Positions 24,673 to 37,616 of a stretch of DNA of 64,000 nucleotides are shown one piece after another. Position numbers and translations under genes: made by a program. The notes below the pieces were generated by a model that was not told the origin of the DNA, did no database searches, and saw only the letters and a list, made by a program, of their open reading frames with translations. The stretch lies in NCBI RefSeq assembly GCF_024521635.1, contig NW_026250408.1, positions 930,001 to 994,000 on the forward strand. The letters are read 5' to 3'. This DNA is from Tricharina praecox. Taxonomy: Eukaryota. How positions within the stretch are numbered: the first letter of the stretch is position 1; the number at the start of each line of letters is the position of its first letter.

Positions 24673-26546
24673 ATGTCCACTCACGACGCCGCCCAATGCA
24701 CCCATATCTATTGCCAACTTCACCGCGCCATGGATCCGTTGGACAACCGTCTGCCGTCCCTGTTACCAATGGTGCCGCCTTACCGGTCAGCCTCGCACGG
24801 CCCAGCTCCACCTTTCCAGTCCAGGGTGAGATCTAGCTTCTCATGTCCTTTCTCAGACCCGCTGTTTGGTTTCGGAAATTCCTCAGCTGCTAGCAGTGTT
24901 ACACTGGACCACGAGTCGTCTGTGAAGCGGAAGCGTGAGGACGGGGAAAAGGAACAGGAAGGGGATGATGAAAAGGAGATGGACGGGGAGGAGGGGTATT
25001 ATGGTGGGGAGTATGTTTCCGTCTCGAACCGGGATGAAGAATGGATCGAGAGAGTAGAAGAGAGCTCGGACAACGGCAATCCCAAGAGAGCGGTCCTACC
25101 AACAAAACCACTGGAGCCGGTCACGCCGATTCGTCCCATCAGACAGCTAGGGAGTGCCCCTGCTCCAAAAAAGTTGAAGTCGACGCCCTATCGAGTTATG
25201 CCCGATAAATGGACGGACCCCGGTGCGAAGCCTCCTAAGTCGCCTGTAACGTATGAGGAGTGGACTGCGAAGTATTGGAAACCCCGCAAAACCGATTCGA
25301 AACCCGTTCTAATCGGATGGCAAGCCCGACCAGCCGGCCAGGACAAGAAGAAGGGCTCGGACAGCGGTCCTAATAGGCCCACTGCGAAGTCGGATCTTCC
25401 AGCCCAGCCTGAAAACGTCGCAACCGCTACACTCACAAACCCCGCGAATCTGACCGCCAGTGATGTTTCCGCTATCGAATCTACAGATCTAGCATCTGAA
25501 AAGCTCGCGGCCGCCTGTTCGTCCGGCCTTGAGTGTGAGGATGGAAGCGTCATCACCAGCGGGGGTAGTTCTTCCCCCCAGCGCGAAAGTCACTCTCTCG
25601 GCTCGTCCGCTATCAAGAGCAGCCCACCTGGTTCCACCTGCGGCACCCTGGACGAAAGCGGGAATAGCAGTAGCGACAGCGAGGATAGCAGCGGCGACAG
25701 TGGGATTGGCAGCGGCGACGGTGATATTGGCAGCAGCGACAGCGGGATTAGCAGCAGCGACAGCGGAAATAACAGCAGTGACAGCGAGGATAGCAATCGC
25801 TCCCGCTTTCCTGCTTTGCCCGAAAGATGGTTTCTACCTGCTCCAATCTTCCCAAATCACATCTATAACTTTCCGTTCTCGTCCAGCGGGCCTTCAACGG
25901 GCTTCTCATCCAGCGGGCCTTCAACGGGCAACATTGATACCAGCGGAAGCAGTATCGTGGATGATGATGACTGCGACGGCTGTAGCGACTGTTCCCGTGA
26001 CAGCGACAGCGACAGCGATTGTTCCTCATCGTATTTCGAGGGGGACATGCAAACCATCCGCGAAGAGAGATTCTCAACCGGGGCCTCCTACAGCAGTGTC
26101 GCCAGCAATGGTCCTTCCGCAACACGTAAGCAACCAGCCCAATCCAACTACTTCTACCAAGACTGACCCTATTTCAGAGCAGCCCCTTCTCGAGGACGAT
26201 GATATCTGCGGCGGTACTGGTTGCGACCACCTAACCATCGATAAACCGGAATTCCGACGTGTAGTCCAAAACATCATGGAAGAGATTGGGAAAGGAGATT
26301 TCCTCTGGGCTCCTGGAGCGTTGACCACTCTTCAATCGCTGGCGGAGGACTATGCCGTGCGTGAATTGGCAGGTCGGTTATTCTCATTATGTCTCCTGTA
26401 GAACTAGAGCTGACTTTTATGTAGTGCTGAACAGGATATGTCAACATCGCAATGGAGACGCCATTGAGCCCAAGGACAAAGAATTGCTGGACATGTTCAG
26501 CATGAGGCGGACCGGGTATAGCGAGGATGCATTCAAGAAGTTCTAA
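24673..26546 (+). CDS. Low-complexity (Ser/Asp-rich) protein with a C-terminal divergent histone H3-like fold
   Basis: Exons 24673-26125, 26178-26372 and 26425-26546. The spliced C-terminus HLTIDKPEFRRVVQNIMEEIGKGDFLWAPGALTTLQSLAEDYAVRELAVLNRICQHRNGDAIEPKDKELL aligns by eye with H3 helices alpha1-alpha3. Confidence 0.65.
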
Positions 26547-27017
26547 TGGATTTTGGACGCTTTGGTTAAATGTACATTGTGGATATTTCTTGCGGTCTTC
26601 GTAGTTCAAAGGAGATAAAAAGAATGTCATTTCCTGTTGGACGGATATTGGTTTCGAATGAATTTGAGAGTTTCTTCGCTGCTGAAGAGTAAATAAGGGG
26701 GTTTTCGGGCCTGCTTTCTATCGTTCAACCGTATCTGGTCATGACAGTGAAAGTACAAACCACTGAGATGAAGTCATGTGTGAGAAAGTCAGTACTCGGA
26801 TGATGATCTATGAGCCTCTATGTAATAGTCCTATTAGTTACTTTTAGTACCATGACAGCAGCAGTGGCTTGGCTGCACGACCTCGAATTGCTAGCGGCGT
26901 TCCCCAAGCTCTCAAGATCTCCAACCCTCAACACCACCACGCACCTGCAAACCACCGCTTCATCACCATCACCTCCACCACCACCTCCATCATCTCCATC
27001 GGTACGCACAACCCGCC

Positions 27018-27923
27018 ATGAGCTCCACACCAACCGTCGAGAGCATCCGCACGCAGCACGCGACACTGCAGACAATAGTCAAAGCGAAAGACTACAAGAA
27101 GGCCGCCCAAAGCCTCGCGCAACTTAAGCTCGCCCTCCTCGGCTGCAACATCCTGATCCCCAGCGCCGCCGCGCCCGCGCAATCTCTGTGTCTCGCCCGC
27201 GACATCCTCGAAACTGGCGCTGTTGTCAGTATACACCTCCAAGATGAAGCCGCGTTCCTGCGGTACTACGCACAGTTGCAGCCGTTCTATGCGATGACGG
27301 CATTGGAGAACTCGCCTAGCAAGAGCAAGAACAAGATCATGGGCCTGTACCTCTTGCTCTTGCTCACCAAGAATAATATCGCAGACTTTCACACTACCCT
27401 CGAGAATATGCCCGGGCTCGAGGAGGATGTGTTTGTGAGGTATCCGGTCATGCTCGAGAGATGGCTCATGGAGGGGAGCTACGATAAGGTGTGGCAGGCC
27501 ACCAAGAGCAGTCATGTCCCGAGCGATGAGTATGCAATGTTTTCCGAGGTGGGTTCCTTCTCTTCTCTCTGACGGCGGTGATGGTGGCTGATGGAGGGGT
27601 GGGATAGGTGTTGGTGGGAACGATCCGCAGCGAGATCGCCAGCTGTTCCGAGAAGGCATACGCTTCGTTACCCGTGTCGAATGCGAAGCAGTTACTGTTC
27701 CTGGAGTCGGAGGGCGCCGTGGTCAAGTTCGCGGAAGAGGTACGGTGCCCGCTGCTGCTACTGCTCGATATCTTAGCTAACCACGAGGGAACAGAGGGAA
27801 TGGGAGGTCCGCGATGGCCGCATTTACTTCCCCGTGGAAGAGAGCGAGAAGGAGGCCATGTCCAGCAACAAGATCATCGAGAACACGATTGGCTACGCGC
27901 AGGAATTGGAGACGATTGTTTAG
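27018..27923 (+). CDS. RPN12: 26S proteasome lid subunit Rpn12
   Basis: LARDILETGA, FLRYYAQLQPFY, GLYLLLLLTKNNIADFH, LERWLMEGSYDKVW, TIRSEIASCSEKAY; ends IGYAQELETIV*; two introns. Confidence 0.95.
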
Positions 27924-28008
27924 ACGGTGGGCACGACATTGGACGTTTTCACAGCGGGAATGGATGGATAGTTTTGCTCTGTACAACTAGATGGGACAAA
28001 CCACTTCT

Positions 28009-28971
28009 TTAAACGTTCCAAATAGCCACCTTCTTATCATAAAAGCTACAGCTCGCCACCACCCCGGGAGCATCAGGATGAACATGTCCCCCATAGTTCA
28101 TACTCTCGTTCTCCTCCCAACGTGCCACGATCTGCACACCCGTCCCACCCCTCTCCACCACCCTCGCGCCGGCATGCATACAACTAGCCAACACCCTCCC
28201 GCCCACCATCTCATGCAACCGCCACACCCCGCCGCCCAACCCCTTCTCCTCCACCGCCCTCATCCTCCCCCTCAAGTCCCACACCCTCAGCGTCTCATCA
28301 TAACTCCCAGACCACAGCTCATCCGCGCCCCTCGCCATCACCGCCGTAACCCCCGCCTCATGCGCGCCCCTCCTGGTCCTGCCCAGCTCCACCGCCGTCT
28401 CCACATCCGTAACCACCAAGACCGCATCATCGCCACCAGAGTACACGCGGCGCCCACACGGCGAGAACTCAACCGTCCACGCCTCGAGCGAATGCGGCGT
28501 TGCCTCCCACCTCGGCCCCTCGTCCTCGCCGCCCACACCAACCAGCAGCACCCGCCCATCAGTCGTAGTCACGGCGACGGCGTCGCCGCCGGGCGCCCAC
28601 GCCACGCTCAGCAGCAGCACGGCCTCTTCGACGACGCGCACATGTCGCACGACCACGATGCGCTCGTCGAGCACGCGCACCAGCGTCACCACGCCGCGGC
28701 TGAGCGCTACCGCCGCGAGCTCCCCGCTGGCAGGAGAGAACTTTACGTCTAGCACTGCGCCGTAAGAGGTGGTGAGTGTGTCCACGTGCGCCAGCGACGG
28801 GACGCGGTATAAACAGAGCGTGCCCGTTTTCTTGGAGGCGAGGGTCGTCGCCGACTCGTGCAGTGTGTAGGTTCCTACGAGGAGGAGCGTGGGGTCGTGT
28901 GGTACGAAGGAGAGGCAGGCGGGCGGCTCGGCGGCGGTGGTGCTGGACTGCGAGGGCGTGGGCGTGGCCAT
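28009..28971 (-). CDS. DPH7: WD40 protein, diphthine methyl ester hydrolase Dph7/Rrt2-like
   Basis: PPACLSF...LLVGTYTL, HSLEAWTVEF, YSGGDD, GSYDETLRVWD, GGGVWRL, SCMHAG, ESMNYG and SCSFYDK. Confidence 0.85.
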   Translation of the reverse strand: MATPTPSQSSTTAAEPPACLSFVPHDPTLLLVGTYTLHESATTLASKKTGTLCLYRVPSLAHVDTLTTSYGAVLDVKFSPASGELAAVALSRGVVTLVRVLDERIVVVRHVRVVEEAVLLLSVAWAPGGDAVAVTTTDGRVLLVGVGGEDEGPRWEATPHSLEAWTVEFSPCGRRVYSGGDDAVLVVTDVETAVELGRTRRGAHEAGVTAVMARGADELWSGSYDETLRVWDLRGRMRAVEEKGLGGGVWRLHEMVGGRVLASCMHAGARVVERGGTGVQIVARWEENESMNYGGHVHPDAPGVVASCSFYDKKVAIWNV

Positions 28972-29699
28972 GATGCAAAATGGTGGGGGTGGCGGTGGGT
29001 GCGGGGAGACGCGATGTGGGGCGGTGGTGCCCCGCCATTAGTGCGTGATCTAGGTGAGCGTGAATACGAGTACTCTACACGGCAATCATCCAGCAATATT
29101 ACCACCACCACCCATACTTTTCTCGTCACACCCACACAGTCGATCCCAAGTCTATAATTCTATCGTATAATACAAGAGGCGAATTCGAATTCGAAAACCA
29201 GCATTTTTTATCCCCCCACCGTCCGTCCCAGACCAGGCCCAACCTCCCAAAAAGCGAAGCAGCAATTCATTCTCATCCGCCCGTGAGAAAGCCCAACCAA
29301 CAACAGAGAGGAAGCCATTGAAAGGTATCATCAAAAAAGCTTCTGCACCGAACCGAAAATGTACATTGCCCATAACCCCCCATCATCTTCCCCCCCCCCG
29401 CAACAAACAAACAAACATAAGCCATATCATATCCGCTGTTATATCAGGCATGTAATGTTCTCATAAACACACATCCGCCCCACTCACCCACTCACCCACA
29501 ACCCCCCGCTCCCCGCGCCGCTCCCCGCGCCGCGCCCCTCCAACAAAAGTGCTTTTAAGTATCCCAACACATCCAACAAAGAAAAGAAAAGAAACAGAAA
29601 AAGGAAAAGAATAAGAAGGAAGACCGGCCGTATATGTCGTTGTGAACGAGTGTACCAAGGAAATTGTAGTGTGAGTGAGTGTGTATGTGTGTGTGGCGA

Positions 29700-31156
29700 T
29701 TACTTCTTCCGTGTGAGCACCATGTTCAGGACCTCCTCCAGACCCGCTCGCGCTTCGGTGTCGGGGAAGATCTGGATCGCCTCTTTCGCCGTGTCACAGA
29801 ACGACTGTGCCAGTTCCCGTGTTCGCTCGATTCCATTGGACTTGTAAACCATTTCCCGTGCCTGCGCTTTCTGTTAGCAACGGTGCGTGCAACCTCGCTG
29901 ACCACGGAAACATGAATGAAACATACCTTTGCCGCGTCTCCCGGCTGCTCGAACTTCCGCGCGATCATGGGGCCGAGCTCGGGGAACTCCTCCCATGCGT
30001 AGAATACCGGTGCAGTGGCGAGTCCCAGCTCCAGGTCCGCCGTCGCGGGCTTCCCGAGCTCCTCGCTGCTGCTGGTGTAGTCCAGCACGTCGTCGATCAG
30101 CTGGAAGGCCAGGCCCATGTGTCTTCCGTAGGTATATGCAGCATGCGACACCTCCTCCGTTGCGCCGCCCAGCACCGCCGCCGCACGGCAGGACTTGCTG
30201 ATCAGCGAGGCAGTCTTGAGGTACGTCTTCTCCAGGTAGTAGTCCAGCGACTTGGAGAGGTACTCCGCCGAGCCGTAGTCAGCCTGAGTATTGGTGAGCT
30301 GGTACAGTTCGCCCTTGACCAGCTCCGAGATGACCTCGGCGATGAGCTCGGTAACCTCCGGCTGTCTCAGTCTGGCCAGGAACACGGACGCCCGGCCAAG
30401 CATGTAGTCACCCGCCAGGACGCTCAGCTTGTTGCCGCTGAACACGTTCGCACTCGGCATTCCGCGTCTAGTCTCGGCATGATCCACCACGTCGTCGTGG
30501 AGCAGCGAGGCGGTATGGATCAGCTCGACGATCTCAGCGAGGCGCCTCTGGGTCCCCAGCACAGCGATCGGCTCTCCCGGCGTGGCACCAAGGATATTCA
30601 CCGGCATCGACCGCGACGACAAGATGGAATAATCCGGATTCCGGTCGGCAATGGTAGATTTGGGGGCAACGGGGGCATTAAAGTTCGCCTCGAGCGACAC
30701 GCAGGCGGCCTCCCAGCCCTTGACCTTTGGAGCCACGGACGTTGCCCGGGCCATCAGGAAGACGACCATCGGCCGGAAAAGCTTTCCCGACGATTGCAGG
30801 TAGTATTTCGATGCCGAGTCGAGACCCGGGTATCCAGACGACAGCAGCAGCGAGATCTGCGACTTGAGATGGTTTAATTCCGCGGCCACGATCTTGTCCG
30901 GGCGGACGCGGGCGATGCGAGGGGGCGCGGCGGCGGTGGCAGATGCGGCGCCGGCGGCGCCGGCATGGGGTGGGAGGGGCGAGGGCGGGGGGATTGTCGT
31001 GGCGTCATGCAATGACGTCGTCGTTGCAGTCACCGTCGCAGCCGAGGACTGCAGCCGTGCGGCGGCAGCGCCGTAGTTGCCATTGAGGGCCGCCGGTGTT
31101 CGTATCCGCGCCGCCGGTGTGAACGGGACTCTGGTTCGCAGCAGTGACCGGATCAT
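29700..31156 (-). CDS. COQ1: Trans-polyprenyl (hexaprenyl) diphosphate synthase
   Basis: Mitochondrial presequence MIRSLLRTR, GKLFRP, ELIHTASLLHDDVVD (FARM), KTASL, AFQLIDDVLD (SARM); one 3' intron; ends LTRKK*. Confidence 0.93.
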
Positions 31157-31803
31157 GGTTGCAATTGTGGGACTGGAGGTATGTGCCTTTTGGGTTTGTA
31201 TGAGGGAAGTCGCTGTACCAACGCTAGCGCCCAGGAAATATCTACTCCGACAGCACCTCCGAAGCGAGGTAAAGTAGTATGGACAGCAGACAGTTCGTCG
31301 GGTTTTCGTGCGCAGGCAGAGGCAGGTAGACGGGCGGGAGAGACGGGTTAAGTATGGGGATATGCTATCGCAGCGGAGGAAAGATGCGGGCAGAACGAAC
31401 GAACGGAGGGCGAGTGTCTGCGGAAGATGTTGGAGTATGTAGAGCACATGTATGTAGAGTCCAGAAGGTCTCCGTTTCGCTTTGTCCGACGGGCGAACTG
31501 ATACCGGCAAGCCTTGACCGCTTTTGGCTACAGAAGCAAATATTTCTGCAAGGATGCCGGAGAACCCGCTCGGTAGCCCGCCAATCACGAAGGGGCAGAA
31601 TCAGACATAAGTGCAGCACCAGAACGACAGCTGCACGACACCCAGATGACTAAGTGCTCTAGGGGACTCGATCCAGAATACAATGCGCGTCTCAGTAACT
31701 AATCATACGCTTACGAAGAGTATTGTACATAAGACTGTAAGAGCAAGAGCAAGAGGAAGAGGCTACAGAATGACTCCTCAGAGGGTACGCTCAGCTAGGT
31801 AGT

Positions 31804-33381
31804 CTACACTTCGTCATCGTTCTTTCCCCATGTTGTTTGGATCCCCATGAACTCCTTGCGGTCCAGCTCGAGATCCGCAAAGACACTCTCGTTGCCTGTC
31901 GATCGGATCCACATCAGCATAAATAGAACATCGCAGGGTTTGAATAGCCAGCACGCGTATGTAACCTCCATACCTTTCAGATGCAAGATTCGTTTCTCGT
32001 CCTCTTCCTCCAACTGGCCCACTTCATCCGCCGTGCCCTCGTGGTCCCCGTCTTCGGGGAACTTGTTTTCCCCAATGAATAGGAATTCGGCGTTCTTGAC
32101 GAAATGCTTGGGCTGGACAGAGCCCCACCGCAGACCTTTGAACTCCTCGATGACCCTACAGATCCAACCCTCGGTCAGTCACTGTCCGATATGTGGTAAG
32201 ATAGTCATGCTCTGAGCTCACTCTTTGGGATACTCAGCCGGATCCGGGAGCGCAGCATTGGGCGGCGACGGAGTCTGCGGGTTCCGGACGGAGATGACGA
32301 AGCTTCCCTGCTCCTTGAGACCAAAGTCCTCCTGCAGCTCGTTCGGCTTCTCTGGGATCGTGAGCATGTACACGAAGTGGGATTGGCGCTCGTTGTCGGA
32401 CTTGGTGATGGCGTAGACACCCTCGCCGATTGGCTGCGCCGGATAATCCGTCCTCTCCCTAGAGTACCTTAACTTTAGCGTCGTGATCCAGGCAAAGAAC
32501 GAACGGAGCTCCACCTACCCAACCGTCTTGGTCTGATACGTCCTACCCTTAAGGTACCCCCTCAGGTCTTCCAGGCTCGCATTCGGCTCCTCGACGAAAG
32601 TCAGAAACTTCTCATAGCCCCTCTTCGGCAGGCGTTTCTTGGGAATAGCGATGAGCCTATTCTCGCCGGCGTCCTCGAGCTTGCCGTCGACAAGCTTTGC
32701 GCCCTGCGGCAGCGGACGCAGGATCATGTACGATCTTTTGACGTCGTCCATCGACGACGGGTGCTCGATGTTCACCTTGCCCCGAAGGAAGAAGTATACC
32801 ACTCCTTTCTCGAGGATGGGAGAGTCTGAGACTTTTTGCTCGCGCGTGGACGAGACGGTGATGCCGGATTTCGACGGGGCGTCTACCATCTCAGTATCGT
32901 TATTCTCCTCCTTCTTCTTATTCTCCTCCCTCTCCTCGCCCTCCTGCTTCTTCCCTTCCGTCTTCACTTCACCCGCCTTCCCCCCCTGATCCACCTTCCT
33001 CTTCCCGCCATCCGAATCCTCAACCTCCTCAACAGTAGCTTTTTTCCCGGACCCCCCAGTCTTCACATCCAGTACCTGCTTCGAAGTAGTAGAAGTCGCA
33101 GCAGCAGCAGTAGCCTTGACCTTCTTCTTTTCCGGCTCACCTTCACCTTTACCTTCACCTTCACCACCTTCACCAGCCTCCTGCTCAGGAGCTTTATGTT
33201 TCTTTCTAGCTGCCGAGGAGGAGGAGGCTTTCTTTGAGGAAGCACTCTCCGGCTCTGGCTCACCGTCACCACCAGCCGAGTGCTCGAGAGCTGCATGTTT
33301 CTTGCCAGCGGCTTTCGCGGGGGATGCACCCTCCGGCTCCGGCTCGCGCGAGGTGTTGTGGCCGCGGCGGGTGGTGACCAT
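31804..33381 (-). CDS. Conserved fungal hypothetical protein (charged N-terminus, ILEKGVVYFF domain)
   Basis: ORFs 32515..33381 and 32218..32514 plus a 3' exon join through two introns. Motifs PILEKGVVYFFLR, PIGEGVYAI, SFVISVRNP and EFKGLRW. Confidence 0.75.
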
Positions 33382-34212
33382 TGTTATTGCTGCTGTTGCT
33401 ATTGCTGCTGCTGTTGCGGGATGTATGTAGTGTGTGTGTGTGAGAGAGAGAGAGTGTGTGTGTGTGCACTATGTGTGAGCGTAAAATAGGTATGCGTGAA
33501 TTGAGTTGCGATTGACGTGTGTACGCGGAATCGGATCTGACGATTCGTGGGGGGGGGGGAGGGGGGGGGTGATAGGGACGGGCCCTTTCTCCGCGCTCTC
33601 AGCTCTCAGCTCTCGGCTTTATAGCTGTGAACTGTAGAGTGGGTGGGGTGGAGTATGAGAGCTGAGCGTTGTGCGCACTCCGTCCCCAGGGCCGATGATG
33701 TCATCGCATAATGCTTTGTGCATTGTGCTTCTCGCCCAAGACATCGCAGTTGCAGTTGCAGCTGGACTCTGGGAGGTTGCAGCTGCAGTAGCCAATGGCT
33801 AATAGCAAATGGAAAATGTAGCTCCTAGTACTTCGTAGGCTGTACTCTGGATTTTTTGGATTTTTTGGATTTTTCGTGAGCTCGAGTGGGCGGGTGGGTG
33901 CAGGGCGAGTGAGGACTTGTGCGTGGCGAATGCGAGCTTGTGACGAGGGTGTATACTAGGTAGTAGTACACATTAGGTCTGAGATACGGTCCGCCATAGT
34001 CTAGATAGACTGATCTCTCTCTCTCATTCGGTCTGAGCACTGGGGATGGGATGGTTGGGCTGAGTTTCAGGGACTGAGTAAAATGATCGGCTTTTTTTGT
34101 TTTGCTTCTCGGACATAACATGTTGTTCTCGTGGTATTCAGTCAATGCTAGGTAACTACTAGACTACCTCATACAATACTCCTGCAGCCTCCCCCAAAAT
34201 CCCCCCACCACT

Positions 34213-35453
34213 CTACAACACCTTCGCCGCCGCCTTCGCAACCTCCTTATGCACGAGATGGGTGGGATGCAAATTATTGAGCCAAACATACTTATCGACA
34301 GCCGGTCCACACTCAGAGTACTGTGTATCCCACTCGGGCGTGCCATTAGAGTACTCCTCGCACCAGCCCGTAGCGTTTTCAAAGCCGTATTTCGCCGGTC
34401 GATCCATGATGTTGTTGAACACCTTGGTGGTCGACACGATCTTGCTCCACACATCGGTGTGCGCCTTCTTGAGCGCGCTGACGCGTGAGCTGAGGAGGGC
34501 GTTGTAGGAGTTTACGGCTCGTGTCTCGAGAGCGACGGCTTCCGCGCTTGACTCCACCGTCAAAGGCGCCCGCTGGATCGGGGGGACGTCGAGGAAGAGG
34601 AAGTTCCGTGCGCCGGCTGAGTATAGCTGGTGGGGAGCGTTCTGTCAGCATACAACCTTCCTCACACCACGCCCAGCCGGAAAAAACGTACCTCATCAAC
34701 CAACCCAAAATACACATCCATCAATCCCGACTGGAACCCATCGACATCGTCGGGATGAGCCCAGTAGCTACCGCCGATATCGTTGATACCGATCCAGACC
34801 AGAAACAGGGAGTTGGAGGCCTTCCAGTTCGCGGCATGGCCGGAGGCGAGCGGGAAGAACGTTTGCACTTGGTCCTTGAGCGAGAATACTTCGGGCCTAT
34901 ATGGGGCCACCAGCGCCGCGTCGATTGTCGCTCCGCCGTATGCCATGTTGTAGGTCAATGTCTCCGTCTTGTTGAATTCGACGGTCAGGTAGTCGATCCA
35001 GTTGGGGCCGCTGGGTGGGTGCTGTTAGCTACTATCACCACCACCCATAACCCACCAACAACACTCTTCAGCACCCAGCACCAACTTACTTCGCAGAAGT
35101 CCAGCCCGGATACACCGGATTTCCCAGGGGGTTTCCAGAGCTGGGCATGGGCGATCCATCGGTAAGGTTGAATCCGGTCTGGGTGTACGAATCACCACTG
35201 TGGTCATTTCATTAGCCCATCTTCTCCCCCAGGCCGCAGCTCCATTCTCCATTCTCCATCCTCCATCCTCCATCCTCCAGGCAGCGGGAAGGGGAAAAAC
35301 CTACAATGAGAAAAAGTACTTCAGCCCCTTTGCACCGGGATACACTGGCTTGCCGCTGCTGCTGGCAGAAGCAGGCACAGCCTCGACGGCGCTCGAAAGC
35401 GTCAATGCCACCGCAACAGCGGCGAGGAAGGTTTTGCTCGGGGAGGGGTACAT
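34213..35453 (-). CDS. Secreted SGNH/GDSL acetylesterase (CE16-like)
   Basis: Signal peptide, [12 protein letters not shown] split by an intron, [22 protein letters not shown]-terminal WLNNLHP. Confidence 0.85.
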
Positions 35454-37616
35454 TGGTAGGTATCGGCGGTGGAGTGGGAGGCAGATGTAGGTACCTAAGT
35501 CTGTACCTGGGGATACACTGAGTACTGGCGGGACAGCGAGGGTTATAAACAGCGCTATGTACCAGGAATGTACCCAACCCATCCCAACCCATCCCGTCAG
35601 GACTGCGAAGACGGGACGGATCCGGCGTTCACAAAGTCCCATACGTCCGGCGATAGTGCTCTTGGTTAGTTAGTGAGGAATTGTAATTGTAATCTATCCG
35701 CCATGTATATCCGTCGTGTCTATCCGTCATGTCTGTAGGCAGTGGGTGGGCAGGTAGGCACTTACTCCGGCACGACTCGCGAGCAACGTACCTAGTACCT
35801 ACCGTAGGCCAAAACAGACAAAAAACGGCCCATACGCAGGCTGCAGCTATACTTTGGCTGAACGCGAACGAGCACGAGCGGTGGTGTGGGGTGGGGTATA
35901 CCGTCCATCCACTGTCCATCCACTGTCTACTGTCCATCTACTATCTCCGAGCCAGGGTCCAGGGTCCTACACAGATCATCTCGGTGCAGGTACATACCCG
36001 GCGGGGAGATCAAGCTTTCGGTGCCGTCTCGGCTGAGAAAGTCCGTCTGGGTGGTGGGCTGGTGGGTTGACGGGCTGGGGGGGGAGCAGGGTTCGGAATT
36101 TTCGGACCGTTGGAAAATGCTATGGTATGGTATGGTATGGTATGTTCCGTGTGGTGTAGGATGGGAATATTGATATTGGTGTTGATATTGATATTGGTGT
36201 TGGTATTTAGGCCTGGGGAATCAAGGTTGATGCATAGCATGCATGCATGGGGTGCGGTATTCGGCCGTCACGACATACCCAAGTACCTATGCGGAGTAGG
36301 TGCCTACAGGCTACAGAACTACTCTAGATCGATCACTCAATCATCCATGCCAGAGTACCATGGTCCATGGTCCATGGATGGATCAGGACGTCAACTTTAC
36401 CCCACATTACCAGTGTGCTCGCATGGCGTTTGGCAGCCGTGAGACGCGTGGCTGGGTGTGGCGGATTATTAACTTAACCCCCCCCCCCCCACCCTCCCCC
36501 CACCCTCCCCCCCCCCGCCCTCAGGGTAAAGTCGCAGCTTGAGTTCGAATTTCTTACATACATGGGCGGGTTCGCACTCACTCACTCACGCAACGGTCTG
36601 TCACTCTTTAAGCACCTAGATTAGAGCACTTACTCTACAGTAGGTATAGCGAAGCCACTTCCGTGGCGCGGGAGGGACTGTCTGGGCTCCGGATATTCCG
36701 TCTGCTATGTATGAGCCTATACTCTAGTTACCGTCTAGGTATGTACGAATACGAATACGAGCGTTTGGTTTTTTTTATGGAACGAATACGCAGATAAACC
36801 GCTGGGCGATTGCTATTTTGCTATGGGAGTGGAGGTTATTGAAGTTGTTGAAGTTGCCGAAGCGTGGAAGCGTTGCCTCAAGTCTCAAGCTGAAGAAGGT
36901 TCACCCCCAACTTCCACGCCCGAAGGCTGAAGGCTGAATCACTAGTACTGTTACACATTGAGTCCACTCCTTCCCGGCACAGTGCCAAACTTGGTCGGTG
37001 AGAATTCTAGGTAACATGTAGCTCTTCGTCCGCCCTTCGTGCCCTCTTCGTGAAAGAGGGAGTTGAAGTGCAACAAGTTGTCGAGTGGAAGCACTCCCGC
37101 CAACACAAGCACTCCCAAGCACACCACCTCGTCGCCAACTACCGCGATAAGCGCGCCTGCCGCAACATCACTCGTCACCGCCTGCCTTTGGAAAAAAAAG
37201 TGTGATAGATAAGATATTAGAACCAACCGCCATACTTTAAAGTTTAGTTGTCATGATAAGTGCAAGGAGGATTCCTCCTCTTCGACATTACCGTGCTGCC
37301 CAGCAACAACAAGTTGCAACACCAACCCCCAAAGATCGAATCCAAAAAACAGTGCAATATCCCCACAGCGCCAATGCAGTCCTAGTCCCCTAGTGCCCAG
37401 TGCCTAGTGTCCACATGCTATAATATAAATACAAGATACGAGATGATACAGATACAGATAAGATGCAGATACAGATGCATAGCTACCACCGATAGGCGGA
37501 TAGGCAGATAGAAGATGTAGCTAAATGTGGGTGAGGTTCAATAAACATTAAGAATAGATGATTAGGATATAATATAATATAAGTCATGAGACGCGTGCAG
37601 TATTGTGGGTCTGGCA

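Noticed and set aside
29807..30877. Long antisense ORFs over Coq1 and other genes (also 4517..5455, 22680..23441, 63092..63910)
   Set aside because: These are shadow ORFs caused by high GC3 codon bias on the coding strand.
31804..33381. Calling this gene a transcription factor or BTB protein
   Set aside because: No BTB or DNA-binding motif is visible in the translation, so it is left as hypothetical.
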